A stretch of DNA of 57,621 bases from Sphingomonadaceae bacterium (GCA_013001755.1 JABDLY010000024.1:1-57621), one strand, 5' to 3'; shown: positions 27,790 through 40,179, numbered from the stretch's first letter. Made by a program: numbers and translations. The notes: generated by a model not told the origin, from the letters alone.

Positions 27790-27830
27790 TTAACAAAGGC
27801 TTTAGCGCGATGCGGTTAAATAAAATTTGA
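27790..27830. promoter_or_regulatory. Two CtrA-like boxes
   Basis: TTAA-N7-TTTA (27790-27804) and GTTAA-N7-TTGA (27815-27830). Confidence 0.45.
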
Positions 27831-27857
27831 AAGGCGAGGTTAGCGGAAAGGGTTAAT

Positions 27858-27970
27858 TCTGCCGGGGATTCTGTTTGTCAGGCTCGAGCTGGCGGTCGAG
27901 CCGGCCGGGGCCGCGTCGAGCCGGAAGCGAGGGCCGGCAACCAGCCTGACAAAGAAAAAGCCCCGCCAGA
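27858..27970. repeat. Long imperfect intergenic hairpin (structured RNA or miniature element)
   Basis: TTTGTCAGGCT/AGCCTGACAAA 11-bp stem, outer CGGGG/CCCCG and TCTG/CAGA, inner GCCGGCC/GGCCGGC. Confidence 0.6.
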
Positions 27971-28081
27971 CGAATCCAGCAGGGCCAAGGTTCAGGAACC
28001 GGATAGTTGCAACATTTTTGCCTTAATTGCAAGCTTTGCAATTGCGCTGGCGGGACGCCGCGAAGCTGATATGCTGGGTCG

Positions 28082-28549
28082 ATGGACACCGATCCGATCA
28101 CCATCATCCAGACGATTATCGACGGCACTGTCGAGGGCGGCGGGCCGCCTCCCTATATCGAAGGCATGCGGCTCGACGGGATGGTTTTCACGGCGGTCGA
28201 AAAGGGCAAATTTACCCTCGAATGGACGCCCGCAATGCACCATTGCCACTATGACGGGATCGTCCAGGGCGGCGTGATCAATGTCATTGCCGATAGCGGC
28301 CAGGCGTTTGCTTTCTGGTCGAGCGCAAATTCCGAAAGCAATGAAAATTATTCGACGGCCGAGTTCTCGACGCGCTTCTTCCGGCCGATCAAGGCAGACG
28401 AGACGATGATCGTCGAAAGCACCGTGCTCAACCGCTCGCGGCGGCTCGGCGTAATCGAATCGAACTTCACCCACGCCGAAACCGGCAAGCTCCACGCCAA
28501 GGTCACGGGCAGCTGGATGCTCGTCAATCGCGATTTCGGCGAGGGATAA
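28082..28549 (+). CDS. PaaI family thioesterase
   Basis: GIVQGG...IADS, FFRPI hot-dog fold motifs. Confidence 0.8.
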   Translation: MDTDPITIIQTIIDGTVEGGGPPPYIEGMRLDGMVFTAVEKGKFTLEWTPAMHHCHYDGIVQGGVINVIADSGQAFAFWSSANSESNENYSTAEFSTRFFRPIKADETMIVESTVLNRSRRLGVIESNFTHAETGKLHAKVTGSWMLVNRDFGEG

Positions 28550-28600
28550 GCTTTTTCTTCGTGGGAGAAGCGCATCGAGCGCTCTCGATACGGCCACAAG

Positions 28601-28638
28601 AAAAAGCCCGCCCGGATCGCTCCGGACGGGCATTTCTT
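28601..28638. terminator. Probable bidirectional intrinsic terminator
   Basis: AAAAA-GCCCGCCCGGA-TCGC-TCCGGACGGGC-ATTTCTT between convergent genes. Confidence 0.75.
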
Positions 28639-28656
28639 GGTCGGTAACTGAGCCGG

Positions 28657-30798
<2,142 letters not shown>

Positions 30799-31030
30799 CG
30801 GTTCTAGAATCATTTTGGCTCAAAGCCCCCTGTAAACTGGTTGCCCGCATAGAAAGAAACGCCCGGAATCGGGCGCAACGCGGAGTTGGGGGCGCTATAA
30901 AGGCCGAATCGCAGATTATGCAAGCCGGGAAAACGCTATTGGCGGTCAAAATCGCGCTTATGGTGGCGACGGTTATTGTTGAGGCTGGCAGCAGGTCTGC
31001 GATTGCGGGCGAGCGCCGCGGTTTCCCGCG

Positions 31031-31972
31031 CTAATGTTCCCAACCGAGCGTTTCGGGCAAGTCGAGCGGACGTCCGCCCTCTTCGATCGCGATGCCCTCT
31101 CCCGCGACAACCAGACCGATGCAATGGATCGGCACACCGACATCCTCCGCCGCCGTCTCGACCTGCCTGCGCGCGCGTTTCGGCGCAGCGAAGAGCAACT
31201 CATAATCATCGCCCGCGGTCGCGGCGAACAGTGCCGATTGGCGATTGTCACCCTTTGCTTCGACGAAGGCAGGCGATAGCGGAACGTCGATCGTTTCGAT
31301 GACAATCCGCACTCCGCTCGCCTCGGCCATGCGGCGCGCATCGATCAGCAGCCCATCCGAAATATCCATCATCGCGCTGACCAGCTGGGCGAGTTGCTGT
31401 CCGAGCGCGAGCTGCGGCGTCGGGCGGCGATAGGCGGCAAGCAGCGCGTCGGGTCCTTCGGCATCGCCGCGCGCGATTTCGAGTCCCGCGCCGGCATCGC
31501 CGAGCGTCCCGCTGACCCAAAGCTCGTGACCATCGGCCGCGCCGTCGCGTGCAGGAGAATTGTCGGCCTCGCCTATCGCCGTCAGCCCGAATTGTCGCGC
31601 GCTGCCTTCGGGCGCGCGCACGGTATCGCCGCCGAGCAGCGGGCACCCAAATTCCGCAAGCGCCGCGCCCAGGCCTTCGGCAAACTGGTTATCCCAGCCA
31701 TCGTCGCCCGAAAGATTATAGGATGTCAGCGCGCCGAGCGGCCGCGCGCCCTTGGCGGCGAGATCGGAAAGATTGGCGACGACGAGCTTCCAGCCGATAT
31801 CGGCGGGCGGATCGTCGCTCAGGAAATGGACGTTTTCGACGAGCGCGTCATGGGTAAGAACAAGATTCTTGCCGCCATGCGCGAAGACGGCCGCGTCGTC
31901 GTTGAGCCCCCGTGCGCCGGGATGCGAGGCAAAGCCGCGAAGCTTGTCGATGAAGGTTGTTTCGGCGGACAT
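31031..31972 (-). CDS. thiL: Thiamine-monophosphate kinase
   Basis: DDAA, NLSDLAAKGA, GGDT, DISDGL, GDDYELLF. Confidence 0.93.
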   Translation of the reverse strand: MSAETTFIDKLRGFASHPGARGLNDDAAVFAHGGKNLVLTHDALVENVHFLSDDPPADIGWKLVVANLSDLAAKGARPLGALTSYNLSGDDGWDNQFAEGLGAALAEFGCPLLGGDTVRAPEGSARQFGLTAIGEADNSPARDGAADGHELWVSGTLGDAGAGLEIARGDAEGPDALLAAYRRPTPQLALGQQLAQLVSAMMDISDGLLIDARRMAEASGVRIVIETIDVPLSPAFVEAKGDNRQSALFAATAGDDYELLFAAPKRARRQVETAAEDVGVPIHCIGLVVAGEGIAIEEGGRPLDLPETLGWEH

Positions 31973-32043
31973 CGGCCTGATCCTAGCAGCAAAAGGCCGC
32001 GAAGTTCTCAACAATTCGTTTACGGGCGGCACCGATTCAAGCT

Positions 32044-32133
32044 GTCATTGCGAGCGCAGCGAAGCAATCCAGAGCCGCAAGCGTTGTCACCAGCCGCTCT
32101 GGATTGCGTCGTCGCTTTGCTCCTCGCAATGAC
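32044..32133. repeat. REP-like palindrome family A, copy 1
   Basis: GTCATTGCGAGCGCAGCGAAGCAATCCAGAG...CTCTGGATTGC...CTCGCAATGAC; near-identical copy at 47077. Confidence 0.85.
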
Positions 32134-32142
32134 GAATCGAAG

Positions 32143-32589
32143 TTAAGAGCGCACATCCTTGGCGATCGCGTCGAGCAGACCGTTGACGAAGTTCTTCTCG
32201 CGCTTGTCGTAGAATGCATCCGCGACGTCGAGATACTCGCCGATCACCGTCGCGACGGGAATATCGGCGCGTGCGAGCAGCTCATAGGTGCCGGCGCGCA
32301 AAATCTGTTTTTGCGGTTTGTCGAGCCGGTCGAGGCTCCATCCCGCAGCGAGCTTGCCGGCAATCAGCGCGTCGATCTCCTCGCGCCGCGCATCGACGCC
32401 GGTGACGATATCGTCGAAGAAATCGGCTTCGGCCTCGGCGAATTCGGTCTCCTCGATCACCGCACCGAGCCGGTGCGCATGAAATTCGCGCAGCAGCGGG
32501 CCGAGCTTCATGCCCTCCATATCCTGCTGATAGAGCGCCTGCACCGCGCCGAGCCGCGCAGCGGACCGGGATTGCGAGCGCCGGGTCAT
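32143..32589 (-). CDS. nusB: Transcription antitermination factor NusB
   Basis: RSAARL.AVQALYQ...FVNGLLD. Confidence 0.95.
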   Translation of the reverse strand: MTRRSQSRSAARLGAVQALYQQDMEGMKLGPLLREFHAHRLGAVIEETEFAEAEADFFDDIVTGVDARREEIDALIAGKLAAGWSLDRLDKPQKQILRAGTYELLARADIPVATVIGEYLDVADAFYDKREKNFVNGLLDAIAKDVRS

Positions 32590-33113
32590 CCGCCGGTTTT
32601 CATCCTCAGACGTCCGAGAAAGTCACCCTTGCCGATCGCCAAGCCCGCGGCGCGCAAAATGTCATAGGCGGTCGTCGCGTGGAAATAGAAATTGGGCTGG
32701 GCGAAGGAGAGCAGGAAATTTTCCGCCGTGAACGGTATTTTCATGTCGCCGAAACTGAACTCCATATCCTGTCCGATAAAGCCTTCGACCTCCGACTGAT
32801 CGATCGCCTCGATCGCCTCGCGCGCCGAGTTTAGCACGTCGCGCAGCGCGTCGAAACTTTCGGGCGGAGCGGCGAGGCTGGGCGAATAAAGGCCGGCGCG
32901 GACGCCTTCGATGGCGCCGATCGAATGTTCGCCGACCGATTTCACCTGATAGGCGAACGGCAACATGTCTTCGATCAATCGTGCTTGTACTATCTCTTCT
33001 TCGGACGTGCCGGTTTCCTGACAAAAGGCTTCGGCCTTGTCGACGAGCGCCGATACCGAGCCGATGATCTGGATATTGCCGGGAATGATCGCATCATAGA
33101 GCGAAAGGGGCAT
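32586..33113 (-). CDS. DUF1993 family protein
   Basis: ARLIEDMLPF..QV, PNFYFHATTAYDILR..G..IGK.DFLG. Confidence 0.85.
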   Translation of the reverse strand: MPLSLYDAIIPGNIQIIGSVSALVDKAEAFCQETGTSEEEIVQARLIEDMLPFAYQVKSVGEHSIGAIEGVRAGLYSPSLAAPPESFDALRDVLNSAREAIEAIDQSEVEGFIGQDMEFSFGDMKIPFTAENFLLSFAQPNFYFHATTAYDILRAAGLAIGKGDFLGRLRMKTGG

Positions 33114-33133
33114 GGTCGTCTCCTATTGGGTGT

Positions 33134-34429
33134 CTATCGCCGAGATAGCCGCATGGCGACCGATTTGGCGTGGGCGGGCAGGCCTTCGGCTTCGGCGAGC
33201 GCGACAGCCGCCGGGCCGATAGCGGCGAGTGCATCGTCATCGCAACCCAGAAAGCTCGTCCGCTTCATGAAATCGAGCACCGAAAGCCCCGAAGAAAAGC
33301 GCGCGCGACGGCCCGTCGGCAGCACATGGTTGGGCCCGCCGACATAGTCTCCGACAGCTTCGGGCGTGGTACGGCCGAGGAAAACCGATCCGGCATGGCG
33401 GACGTTCTCGAAGAGCATATCGGGATCGCGGACGGCGAGTTCGAGATGTTCGGGTGCGAGGCGGTTTGAGAGTTCGACCGCCTGATCGAGCGTTCTAACG
33501 AGAATGATCGCGCCATTGTCCTCCCAGCTTTTCCCCGCGGTTTTCGCGGTCGGAAGGTTGCGAAGTTGCCGCGCAACGCCAGTTGCAACCGCTTCCGCGA
33601 GCGATTCGTCGTCGGTGAACAGGATCGACTGGCTCGTCGGATCATGTTCGGCCTGGCTCAGCAAATCGGCGGAAATCCAGTGCGGATCGGCCTCGCCGTC
33701 GGCGATCACGACGATCTCGGACGGCCCCGCGACCATGTCGATACCGACTGTCCCATATAATTGCCTTTTCGCTTCGGCGACCCACGCATTGCCAGGGCCG
33801 GTAATCACATCGGCGCGGGGTATCGTATCGGTCCCGAAGGCGAGCGCCGCGACGGCTTGCGCGCCGCCGATGCGGTAAATTTCCTGCACGCCGGCGATTT
33901 CGGCGGCCGCCAGCACCAGCGGGTTGATCTCGCCGTCCGGCGTCGGCGTGACCATGGCGATCCGCTCGACGCCCGCGACCATGGCGGGAATCGCGTTCAT
34001 CAGCACCGAGGACGGATAAGCCGCGCGGCCGCCCGGGACGTAAAGCCCTGCGGTCTCAACGGCAGACCAGCGCGATCCCATGCGGACACCGGCCTCGTCG
34101 GTCGTTTCGCTGTCTTCAGGGCGCTGCTTCTCGTGAAAGGCACGAATTCGCGCCGCCGCCAACTCCAGCGCCTCGCGCAGTTCGGCGTCGAGACCGTCGA
34201 GCGCCATACAGCAGTGTTCCTTGGCGATCCGCACATCCATCGCCGCCGGATCGAAACCGTCGAACCGCGCGGTGTATTGAGCAACTGCGACGTCACCGCG
34301 TGCCTTCACATCTGCGATGATCGCGGCGACATCGCGCGACACATCCTCATCCGATCCGCGCCGCGCTTCGACGAGATCGGTGAAGCGGGCTTCGAAATCG
34401 GCGTCGGTGCTGTCGAGTCTAAGCGGCAT
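33134..34429 (-). CDS. hisD: Histidinol dehydrogenase
   Basis: [34 protein letters not shown]. Confidence 0.97.
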   Translation of the reverse strand: MPLRLDSTDADFEARFTDLVEARRGSDEDVSRDVAAIIADVKARGDVAVAQYTARFDGFDPAAMDVRIAKEHCCMALDGLDAELREALELAAARIRAFHEKQRPEDSETTDEAGVRMGSRWSAVETAGLYVPGGRAAYPSSVLMNAIPAMVAGVERIAMVTPTPDGEINPLVLAAAEIAGVQEIYRIGGAQAVAALAFGTDTIPRADVITGPGNAWVAEAKRQLYGTVGIDMVAGPSEIVVIADGEADPHWISADLLSQAEHDPTSQSILFTDDESLAEAVATGVARQLRNLPTAKTAGKSWEDNGAIILVRTLDQAVELSNRLAPEHLELAVRDPDMLFENVRHAGSVFLGRTTPEAVGDYVGGPNHVLPTGRRARFSSGLSVLDFMKRTSFLGCDDDALAAIGPAAVALAEAEGLPAHAKSVAMRLSRR

Positions 34430-35081
34430 CGCGTGCGCTCACTATCTCGCGGAATTCATCGACGAGCGGCACTATCTCCGGCTTGGTCTTGAACGCCGCG
34501 CGGTTGACGATCAGCCGCGACGTCACCTCGCACAGCATCTCGACCTCGACGAGATTATTGGCCTTCAACGTCCCGCCGGTCGACACGAGATCGACGATCC
34601 GCTTGGCGAGCCCCAGTTTCGGCGCAATCTCCATCGCGCCGTTGAGTTTGACGCATTCGGCCTGCACGCCCTTTGCCTCGAAATGCCGCCGCGTGAAATT
34701 GGGATATTTGGTCGCGATGCGGACATGGCTCCATTCGCGCGGATCGTCATCGGCGGCCAGATCAGCTGGTTCGGCAACCGACAGCCGGCAATGGCCGATG
34801 CCGAGATCGACCGGCGCGTAGATTTCCGAATAGCGATATTCCTCGAGCACATCCGAGCCGACGATGCCGATCTGCGCCGCGCCATGGGCGACGAAGGTCG
34901 CGACATCGAAGGCGCGGACGCGGATGATATCGATATCGGGATTGCTCGTGCCGAAGCGCAGCGCCCGCGATCTCTCATTATGGAAATCGTCATCGGGCAC
35001 AATTCCGGCTTCGGCGAGGATCGGTAGCGCCTCGTCGAGTATCCGCCCTTTCGGGATTGCAAAGATTACAGGCACGCTCAT
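34419..35081 (-). CDS. hisG: ATP phosphoribosyltransferase, short form
   Basis: AIPKGRI, IATKYP, GAMEIAP...[12 protein letters not shown]; 220 aa, no C-terminal regulatory domain. Confidence 0.95.
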   Translation of the reverse strand: MSVPVIFAIPKGRILDEALPILAEAGIVPDDDFHNERSRALRFGTSNPDIDIIRVRAFDVATFVAHGAAQIGIVGSDVLEEYRYSEIYAPVDLGIGHCRLSVAEPADLAADDDPREWSHVRIATKYPNFTRRHFEAKGVQAECVKLNGAMEIAPKLGLAKRIVDLVSTGGTLKANNLVEVEMLCEVTSRLIVNRAAFKTKPEIVPLVDEFREIVSARDAA

Positions 35082-35129
35082 GGGATTGCGCGCTTTACTT
35101 GGGGGCAGTGGCGCGGGCAAGCTAGGGGC

Positions 35130-36170
35130 ATGAACGAGAAAGAGGCGGAAGTCAGGAAAGCGTTCCGGCAGCAGGCCGAATTTTGTCGCGGCCTCGGCTC
35201 GCCGATCACTGCCGAGGTGCTCAATACGGCGGCGGATAAGCTGAGCGGCGACACCGAAACGGGCAAGCGCATCCTTTTCTGGGACGGCGATCCGACGGCG
35301 GGCGGCGACAATGTCACGCTGCGGCTTGCGGGTGGGCTCCATGCGGTTGCGCGATCAGGCGACGATGAGCGGCTCGCGGCGGCCTATCGCGGCGAAGGCG
35401 ACGTTTCGGCGGCAGTCGAGGCGGCGCTGGTCGAGCATGACGCAGCGCTGCTTCCCTGGCTCGACACCGCACCGCAGACCAACGAGGCTGGCCGCGCAGC
35501 GGTGGTCATGGCCGGGTTGCTGGTCGCGGCGGACCGCTTTCCGCTGCCGATCGACCTGCTCGAACTCGGATCGAGTGCCGGGCTGGTGCTCAATCTTGCC
35601 CGTTATCGCTATGATCTCGGCGGGCGCGAAGCGGGCGAACCGACCTCACCATTGCTGCTCAAGCCCTCATGGACCGGCGCGCCGCCGCCCGACGCGCCGG
35701 TCGATATCATTACCCAGCACGGCGTCGATCGCAGCCCAGTCTATCTTTCGACGCCCGCGGCCGAGGAGCGGCTGACCGCCTATATCTGGCCCGATCAGCG
35801 CCAGCGGCTCGAAACCGTCGAAGCCGCGATCCGCCTCGCCCGCGCCTTCACGCCGCCAGTAATCCAGGGCGAAGCGGCCGACTGGACCGAGAAGCGGTTG
35901 GCGCAGCCGCAGGCCGATGGCGTGATGCGCATCCTGTTCCACACGATCGCCTTCCAATATTTTCCCGACGACCAGAAAGATCGTGTGCGCGTCGCGATCG
36001 AGGCCGCGGGCGCGGCGGCCACCGAAGACCGGCCCTTTGGCTGGCTGTCCTTCGAGTTCGACGAAGCGAAAAACGCCTGCGAGCTCCACCTGACACTCTG
36101 GCCGACCGGCGAGAAATACCATCTCGCCAACGCCCATCCGCATGCGACGAGCGTAAGCTGGAAGGGGTAA
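35130..36170 (+). CDS. DUF2332 family protein
   Basis: [30 protein letters not shown]. Confidence 0.85.
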   Translation: MNEKEAEVRKAFRQQAEFCRGLGSPITAEVLNTAADKLSGDTETGKRILFWDGDPTAGGDNVTLRLAGGLHAVARSGDDERLAAAYRGEGDVSAAVEAALVEHDAALLPWLDTAPQTNEAGRAAVVMAGLLVAADRFPLPIDLLELGSSAGLVLNLARYRYDLGGREAGEPTSPLLLKPSWTGAPPPDAPVDIITQHGVDRSPVYLSTPAAEERLTAYIWPDQRQRLETVEAAIRLARAFTPPVIQGEAADWTEKRLAQPQADGVMRILFHTIAFQYFPDDQKDRVRVAIEAAGAAATEDRPFGWLSFEFDEAKNACELHLTLWPTGEKYHLANAHPHATSVSWKG

Positions 36171-36252
36171 GGGCAGTCCAGATCGGCTGGCGGGGGCTCG
36201 TTTTGCCTCTGGACTATTTCGCCCGCGGTTATGTTCGGCCCGCCACGCTACA

Positions 36253-36408
36253 CCGATTATCCCGAGCGCAGTCGAGGGATCTGCTCGAGCCCTTCGACTG
36301 CCTGCAAGGCAGGCGCTCAGGATAGACTTCGGCCTCCGGCCGTAGCCGAGAACATGTGCGGTCTCGGCTACGCTCGACCGGCCCTTCGACCTCGCTCAAG
36401 ACGAACGG
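36253..36408. repeat. Composite REP-like cluster, family B
   Basis: TATCCCGAGCGCAGTCGAGGG/CCCTTCGACTG..CGCTCAGGATA arms, CGTAGCCGAGA/TCTCGGCTACG hairpin, CCCTTCGAC..GCTCAAGACGAACGG. Confidence 0.7.
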
Positions 36409-36434
36409 ATTCAGGTGAGTTGATCGCTTGCCGA

Positions 36435-37331
36435 TCAAGGGTAACTCACCGTCTTCGGCTCGTCGGGAAAGGGGATGCGTTCATCGGGGTCGTCGGGGAC
36501 GATCGGGAAGCGCCGCGCCTTCCAGTCGTCGATCCCCTGCTGGATGCGGTCTTTTCGCGACGAGACGAAATTCCAGTAGACATGGCGCGGGCTGGCAAAG
36601 GCTTCGCCGCCGCACAGCATGATCTGCGCTCCGTTCTCGGATTTCAGCGTCGCCGCTACGCCAGGCTGCAATACGTAAAGCGTTTGCGGCTCCAGGGCCT
36701 CACCATCGAGCGTGGCATCGCCATGCGTCATATAGAGCGCGCGTTCCTCAGCCTCCGCGTCGATTGGTATGCCGCCGCCTGCTTCGAGCCGGATGTGCGC
36801 GTTGATCGTCTCGGCATAGGTCGTCACCGGCGCGGCCTCGCCCCAAAGATTTCCCATGATGACACGCGCTTCGGCACGATCGCCCGAAATGAGCGGCAAG
36901 TCTTGCTTGGCAACATGTTCGAACGCCGGATCGATCTCTTCGCGCCCGTCGGGCAGTGCAAGCCAGGTCTGGATCAGTTGCAACCGTTGCTCGGCGCCGC
37001 GATCTTCATCGGCGCTGCGCTCCGAATGGACGATGCCTCTGCCTGCGGTCATCAGATTCACCGCACCAGGCTCGATAAGCTGCTCGGTGCCGAGCGAATC
37101 GCGGTGCATGATCCGCCCTTCGAGCAGATAGGAGACGGTCGCCAGCCCGATATGCGGATGCGGGCGGATATCGATCGCGTCGTCGGGGCCGAGTGTCGCC
37201 GGACCGGCATCGTCAAAAAAGACGAACGGGCCGACCATGGTGCGCGATTTGGCGGGGAGCGCGCGGCGCACCGTGAACCCGCCGAGATCGTGCGAGGCCG
37301 GGGTTATCGTTTGGGCGATGGGGGTATTCAT
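36435..37331 (-). CDS. Pirin family protein
   Basis: VGPFVFFD, PHPHIGLATV, HRDSLG, MTAGRGIVHSE. Confidence 0.93.
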   Translation of the reverse strand: MNTPIAQTITPASHDLGGFTVRRALPAKSRTMVGPFVFFDDAGPATLGPDDAIDIRPHPHIGLATVSYLLEGRIMHRDSLGTEQLIEPGAVNLMTAGRGIVHSERSADEDRGAEQRLQLIQTWLALPDGREEIDPAFEHVAKQDLPLISGDRAEARVIMGNLWGEAAPVTTYAETINAHIRLEAGGGIPIDAEAEERALYMTHGDATLDGEALEPQTLYVLQPGVAATLKSENGAQIMLCGGEAFASPRHVYWNFVSSRKDRIQQGIDDWKARRFPIVPDDPDERIPFPDEPKTVSYP

Positions 37332-37348
37332 TCGCAGTCTTTCCAGTT

Positions 37349-37458
37349 CCGATTACCCTGAGCCTGTCGAAGGGTTGTCCTTACCTTCCGGCGGAACAGA
37401 AGAAAGTACAGGGGTTGGGCTACGCCTGCCTTCGGCCCGACAAGCTCAGCCCAAACGG
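37349..37458. repeat. REP-like element, family B
   Basis: CCGATTACCCTGAGCCTGTCGAAGGG ... CGACAAGCTCAGCCCAAACGG. Confidence 0.65.
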
Positions 37459-37471
37459 TTTTCCTTCTTTG

Positions 37472-37765
37472 TTACTCCGCCAGTTCGCTCGGCGCCTTGG
37501 CCTTGATCGCGAGCGCGTGCACCCGCTCCTCCATCAGATCGCCGAGCGCCTTGTTGACCGCACGTTGCCGCTCGACGCGGGTCATATCGTCGAATTGCAG
37601 CGCGACGATCTCGACCGTGAAATGCGATTCGCCGCTGCCGTCGTCGCCGGCATGGCCGCGATGCGCCGCGCTGTCGTTGATCACGCGCAAATGCGTCGGG
37701 CCGAGCGCCTCGGTCAGCCGCTTTTCGATTTCGGCCGCTACGGGCCCTTTCGATTCTTCTGTCAT
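37472..37765 (-). CDS. bolA: BolA family protein
   Basis: DSAAHRGH...GESHF...RVERQR.V...VHALAI. Confidence 0.92.
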   Translation of the reverse strand: MTEESKGPVAAEIEKRLTEALGPTHLRVINDSAAHRGHAGDDGSGESHFTVEIVALQFDDMTRVERQRAVNKALGDLMEERVHALAIKAKAPSELAE

Positions 37766-37802
37766 GCGCCCTATATAGACGGTCGAAAGCAAAGGAGCAC
37801 CC

Positions 37803-38396
37803 TTGGCCTCATCCGCCCGCCATAGCCGCTTCCACGGCCGCATCGACGATAGCGACCATCTCTGCGATCATCCCGATTGCATTGAGACGGGCGAATTTCG
37901 CGCGCCCAAGACCGGGCACAGGCGCGGCGGTTTCGACGGGCCGGGCGATTATCATTATCTCTGTCTCGATCATGTCCGCGCGTTCAACGCCGGTTATAAT
38001 TATTTCGAGGGCATGGACGATGACGCGATCTGGGCGGCGCAGCGGCCCTGGTCGGGCTGGGAACGCGAGATCAAGGCGTTCGCGACGGCGGGCGGCGGCG
38101 CAACGCCGCGCTGGCAGGACTTCACCGACCCGCTCGACGCGATCGGCGCAAAATTCCGCACCGGCGTCCGCGCCCCGCGCAAGGACGGCAAGCCGCTAAG
38201 CGACCGCGACCGCGAGAATCTGCAGATACTTGGGTTAGACAAGGACGCCGACCGCAAGGCGCTGCGCCGCCGCTACGCCGAACTGCTCCGCCAATACCAC
38301 CCCGACCGCAATGGCGGCGACCGCAGCCGGGAGAAGATGCTGCAACGCGTGATCGAGGCCTATCAGGAGTTGAAGCTGGCGACGGCTTTTTCTTAG
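37803..38396 (+). CDS. J-domain (DnaJ-like) protein
   Basis: CDHPDC...GEFRAP, CLDHVRAFN..YNYF, YHPDRNGGD. Confidence 0.88.
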   Translation: MASSARHSRFHGRIDDSDHLCDHPDCIETGEFRAPKTGHRRGGFDGPGDYHYLCLDHVRAFNAGYNYFEGMDDDAIWAAQRPWSGWEREIKAFATAGGGATPRWQDFTDPLDAIGAKFRTGVRAPRKDGKPLSDRDRENLQILGLDKDADRKALRRRYAELLRQYHPDRNGGDRSREKMLQRVIEAYQELKLATAFS

Positions 38397-38833
38397 CCGC
38401 AATCCAATTTGCTGCGTACCAGCGACGGTTTCCAGCGTTTTTCGTAATAGCCGGTAGCGAGAGGCAAATAGTCTTTTACTCGCGCGGAGGCGTCGATGGC
38501 TAATGCGCGTTGTATGAGATCTTCAATATCGGCCTCTGGGGCACCGTGGATGACAGCAATCCATTTTTTGCAGTACGCTAGAATGTACTTTGCATCCTTC
38601 GTCAGCTTCGCAGAAGGATCTAATTGCCGGACCACTTGTTCAAAATCACGTAGCGCATCTCGATTGCGTTCGAGGCTGACGGAGCACCTTCCCCTCAGCG
38701 CCAATGCTTTCGCTTTTCCCCCGCGCAAATCGATGTAGCGATTTATGTGCTCGAGACAGGCCTTTGAGTCATTAAAGTCTGCCGCTCTCAAAGCCCTAAC
38801 CCAGTGATTGGCGGCAGCGAAACGATTGATCAT
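38393..38833 (-). CDS. Hypothetical TPR-like protein, lower GC
   Basis: ALALRGRC...DALRDFEQV helical repeat-like segment; follows the upstream gene closely. Confidence 0.55.
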   Translation of the reverse strand: MINRFAAANHWVRALRAADFNDSKACLEHINRYIDLRGGKAKALALRGRCSVSLERNRDALRDFEQVVRQLDPSAKLTKDAKYILAYCKKWIAVIHGAPEADIEDLIQRALAIDASARVKDYLPLATGYYEKRWKPSLVRSKLDCG

Positions 38834-38844
38834 GATAGCACCCG

Positions 38845-40179
38845 CTAAACCTCCGCCAACGCCTGCTCGAAGTCGGCGATCAGATCGTCGGGATCCTCGA
38901 CGCCGATCGACACCCGCACAAGATTGTCGGTAATCCCCAGCGCCGCTTTGCGTTCGTCGGGCACCGAGAGATGCGTCATCGCGGCCGGGTGGCTGGCCAG
39001 CGATTCGGTGCCGCCGAGGCTGACGGCGAGCTTGGTAATGCGCAGCGCGTCGAGGAAGCGGAAGCTTTCTTCCTCGCCGCCCGCGATAAACAGTGAGAAG
39101 GTCGATCCGGCGCCGGTGCAATGGCGGTCGTAGATATCCTTCTGGCTCGAGCCGTCCTCGAGATGCCCGAGATAGCCGAGCCCTTCGACCTTGGGATGAT
39201 CGCGCAGGAACGCGCAGACCTTTTCGGCGTTTTCGCCCGCGCGCGTCATGCGGAGTTCGACGGTTTCGAGGCTGCGTAGCAGCATCCAGGCGGTGTTGGG
39301 GTCGGTGATCGTGCCGATCGTGTTGCGCATCGCGCGGATCGGATCGAGCCATTTCTTCAGCCCAAGCGCGCCGCCCGCGACGAGATCGCTATGCCCGCCG
39401 ACATATTTGGTCAGGCTGTAGATCGAGATATCGGCGCCATGGTTGAGCGGCTGGCTCCAGAGCGGGCCGAGAAAGGTATTGTCGATCGCGACCGGCGGCG
39501 GATCGTCGGGGAAGGCGGCATCGACGGCGTCGCGCACCATCTCGACATCGACGAGCGCGTTGGTCGGGTTGGCGGGGCTTTCGAGATAGACGATCGCGAC
39601 GCGGCCCGATCCTGTGCACTGGTTTTTGGCCTGTTCGAGCAGCGTGTCCATGTCCTCGCGGCTCGCACCTGCCGGAAAGTCGATAAACGTTACGCCGAAA
39701 CGGCCGAGCACGCGGTTGATCAGCGTCTCGGTCGCCGCATAGAGCGGGCCCGAATGGACGACGACGTCGCCCTGATTGACGTTCGCGAGCAGCACCGTGG
39801 CGATCGCCGACATGCCGCTCGAGAAGACCAATCCCTCTTCGGCATCTTCCCAGACGCTGAGCCTGTCCTCGCAGATTTCCTGATTCGGGCCGTTGAAACG
39901 CGAATAGACCAGCCCATCGGCGCCGCCGGGACGCTTGCCGGTGATCCCTTCGAAATGGCGCTTGCCGGCCGCGGCGCTTTCGAACGCGAAGGTCGAGGTA
40001 AGGAAAATCGGTGGTTTGAGCGAGCCTTCGGAGAGTTTCGGATCGAAGCCATGGCCCATCATCAGCGTCGAGGGTTTGAGCTTGCGGTCGCCGATCTTCT
40101 CGACCTCGGGCTTCGGATTGCGGCGCGGCGTCGTGCCGGTGAGATCGGATTCGTTCGGGGTCGCGGGTGTCTTGGCCAT
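38845..40179 (-). CDS. Cystathionine gamma-synthase/methionine gamma-lyase family PLP enzyme
   Basis: YSRF, FSSGMSAI, ESPANPT, DNTF, SLTKYVGGHSD, AVSLGG.ESL. Confidence 0.92.
   Translation of the reverse strand: MAKTPATPNESDLTGTTPRRNPKPEVEKIGDRKLKPSTLMMGHGFDPKLSEGSLKPPIFLTSTFAFESAAAGKRHFEGITGKRPGGADGLVYSRFNGPNQEICEDRLSVWEDAEEGLVFSSGMSAIATVLLANVNQGDVVVHSGPLYAATETLINRVLGRFGVTFIDFPAGASREDMDTLLEQAKNQCTGSGRVAIVYLESPANPTNALVDVEMVRDAVDAAFPDDPPPVAIDNTFLGPLWSQPLNHGADISIYSLTKYVGGHSDLVAGGALGLKKWLDPIRAMRNTIGTITDPNTAWMLLRSLETVELRMTRAGENAEKVCAFLRDHPKVEGLGYLGHLEDGSSQKDIYDRHCTGAGSTFSLFIAGGEEESFRFLDALRITKLAVSLGGTESLASHPAAMTHLSVPDERKAALGITDNLVRVSIGVEDPDDLIADFEQALAEV

Noticed and set aside
27858-27970. SRP (4.5S) RNA call for the long hairpin
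   Set aside because: Lacks the conserved CAGG..GGAA..AGCAG domain IV arrangement
34419-35342. Long-form 307-aa HisG
   Set aside because: The extension overlaps the divergent DUF2332 gene; HisG similarity begins at 35081
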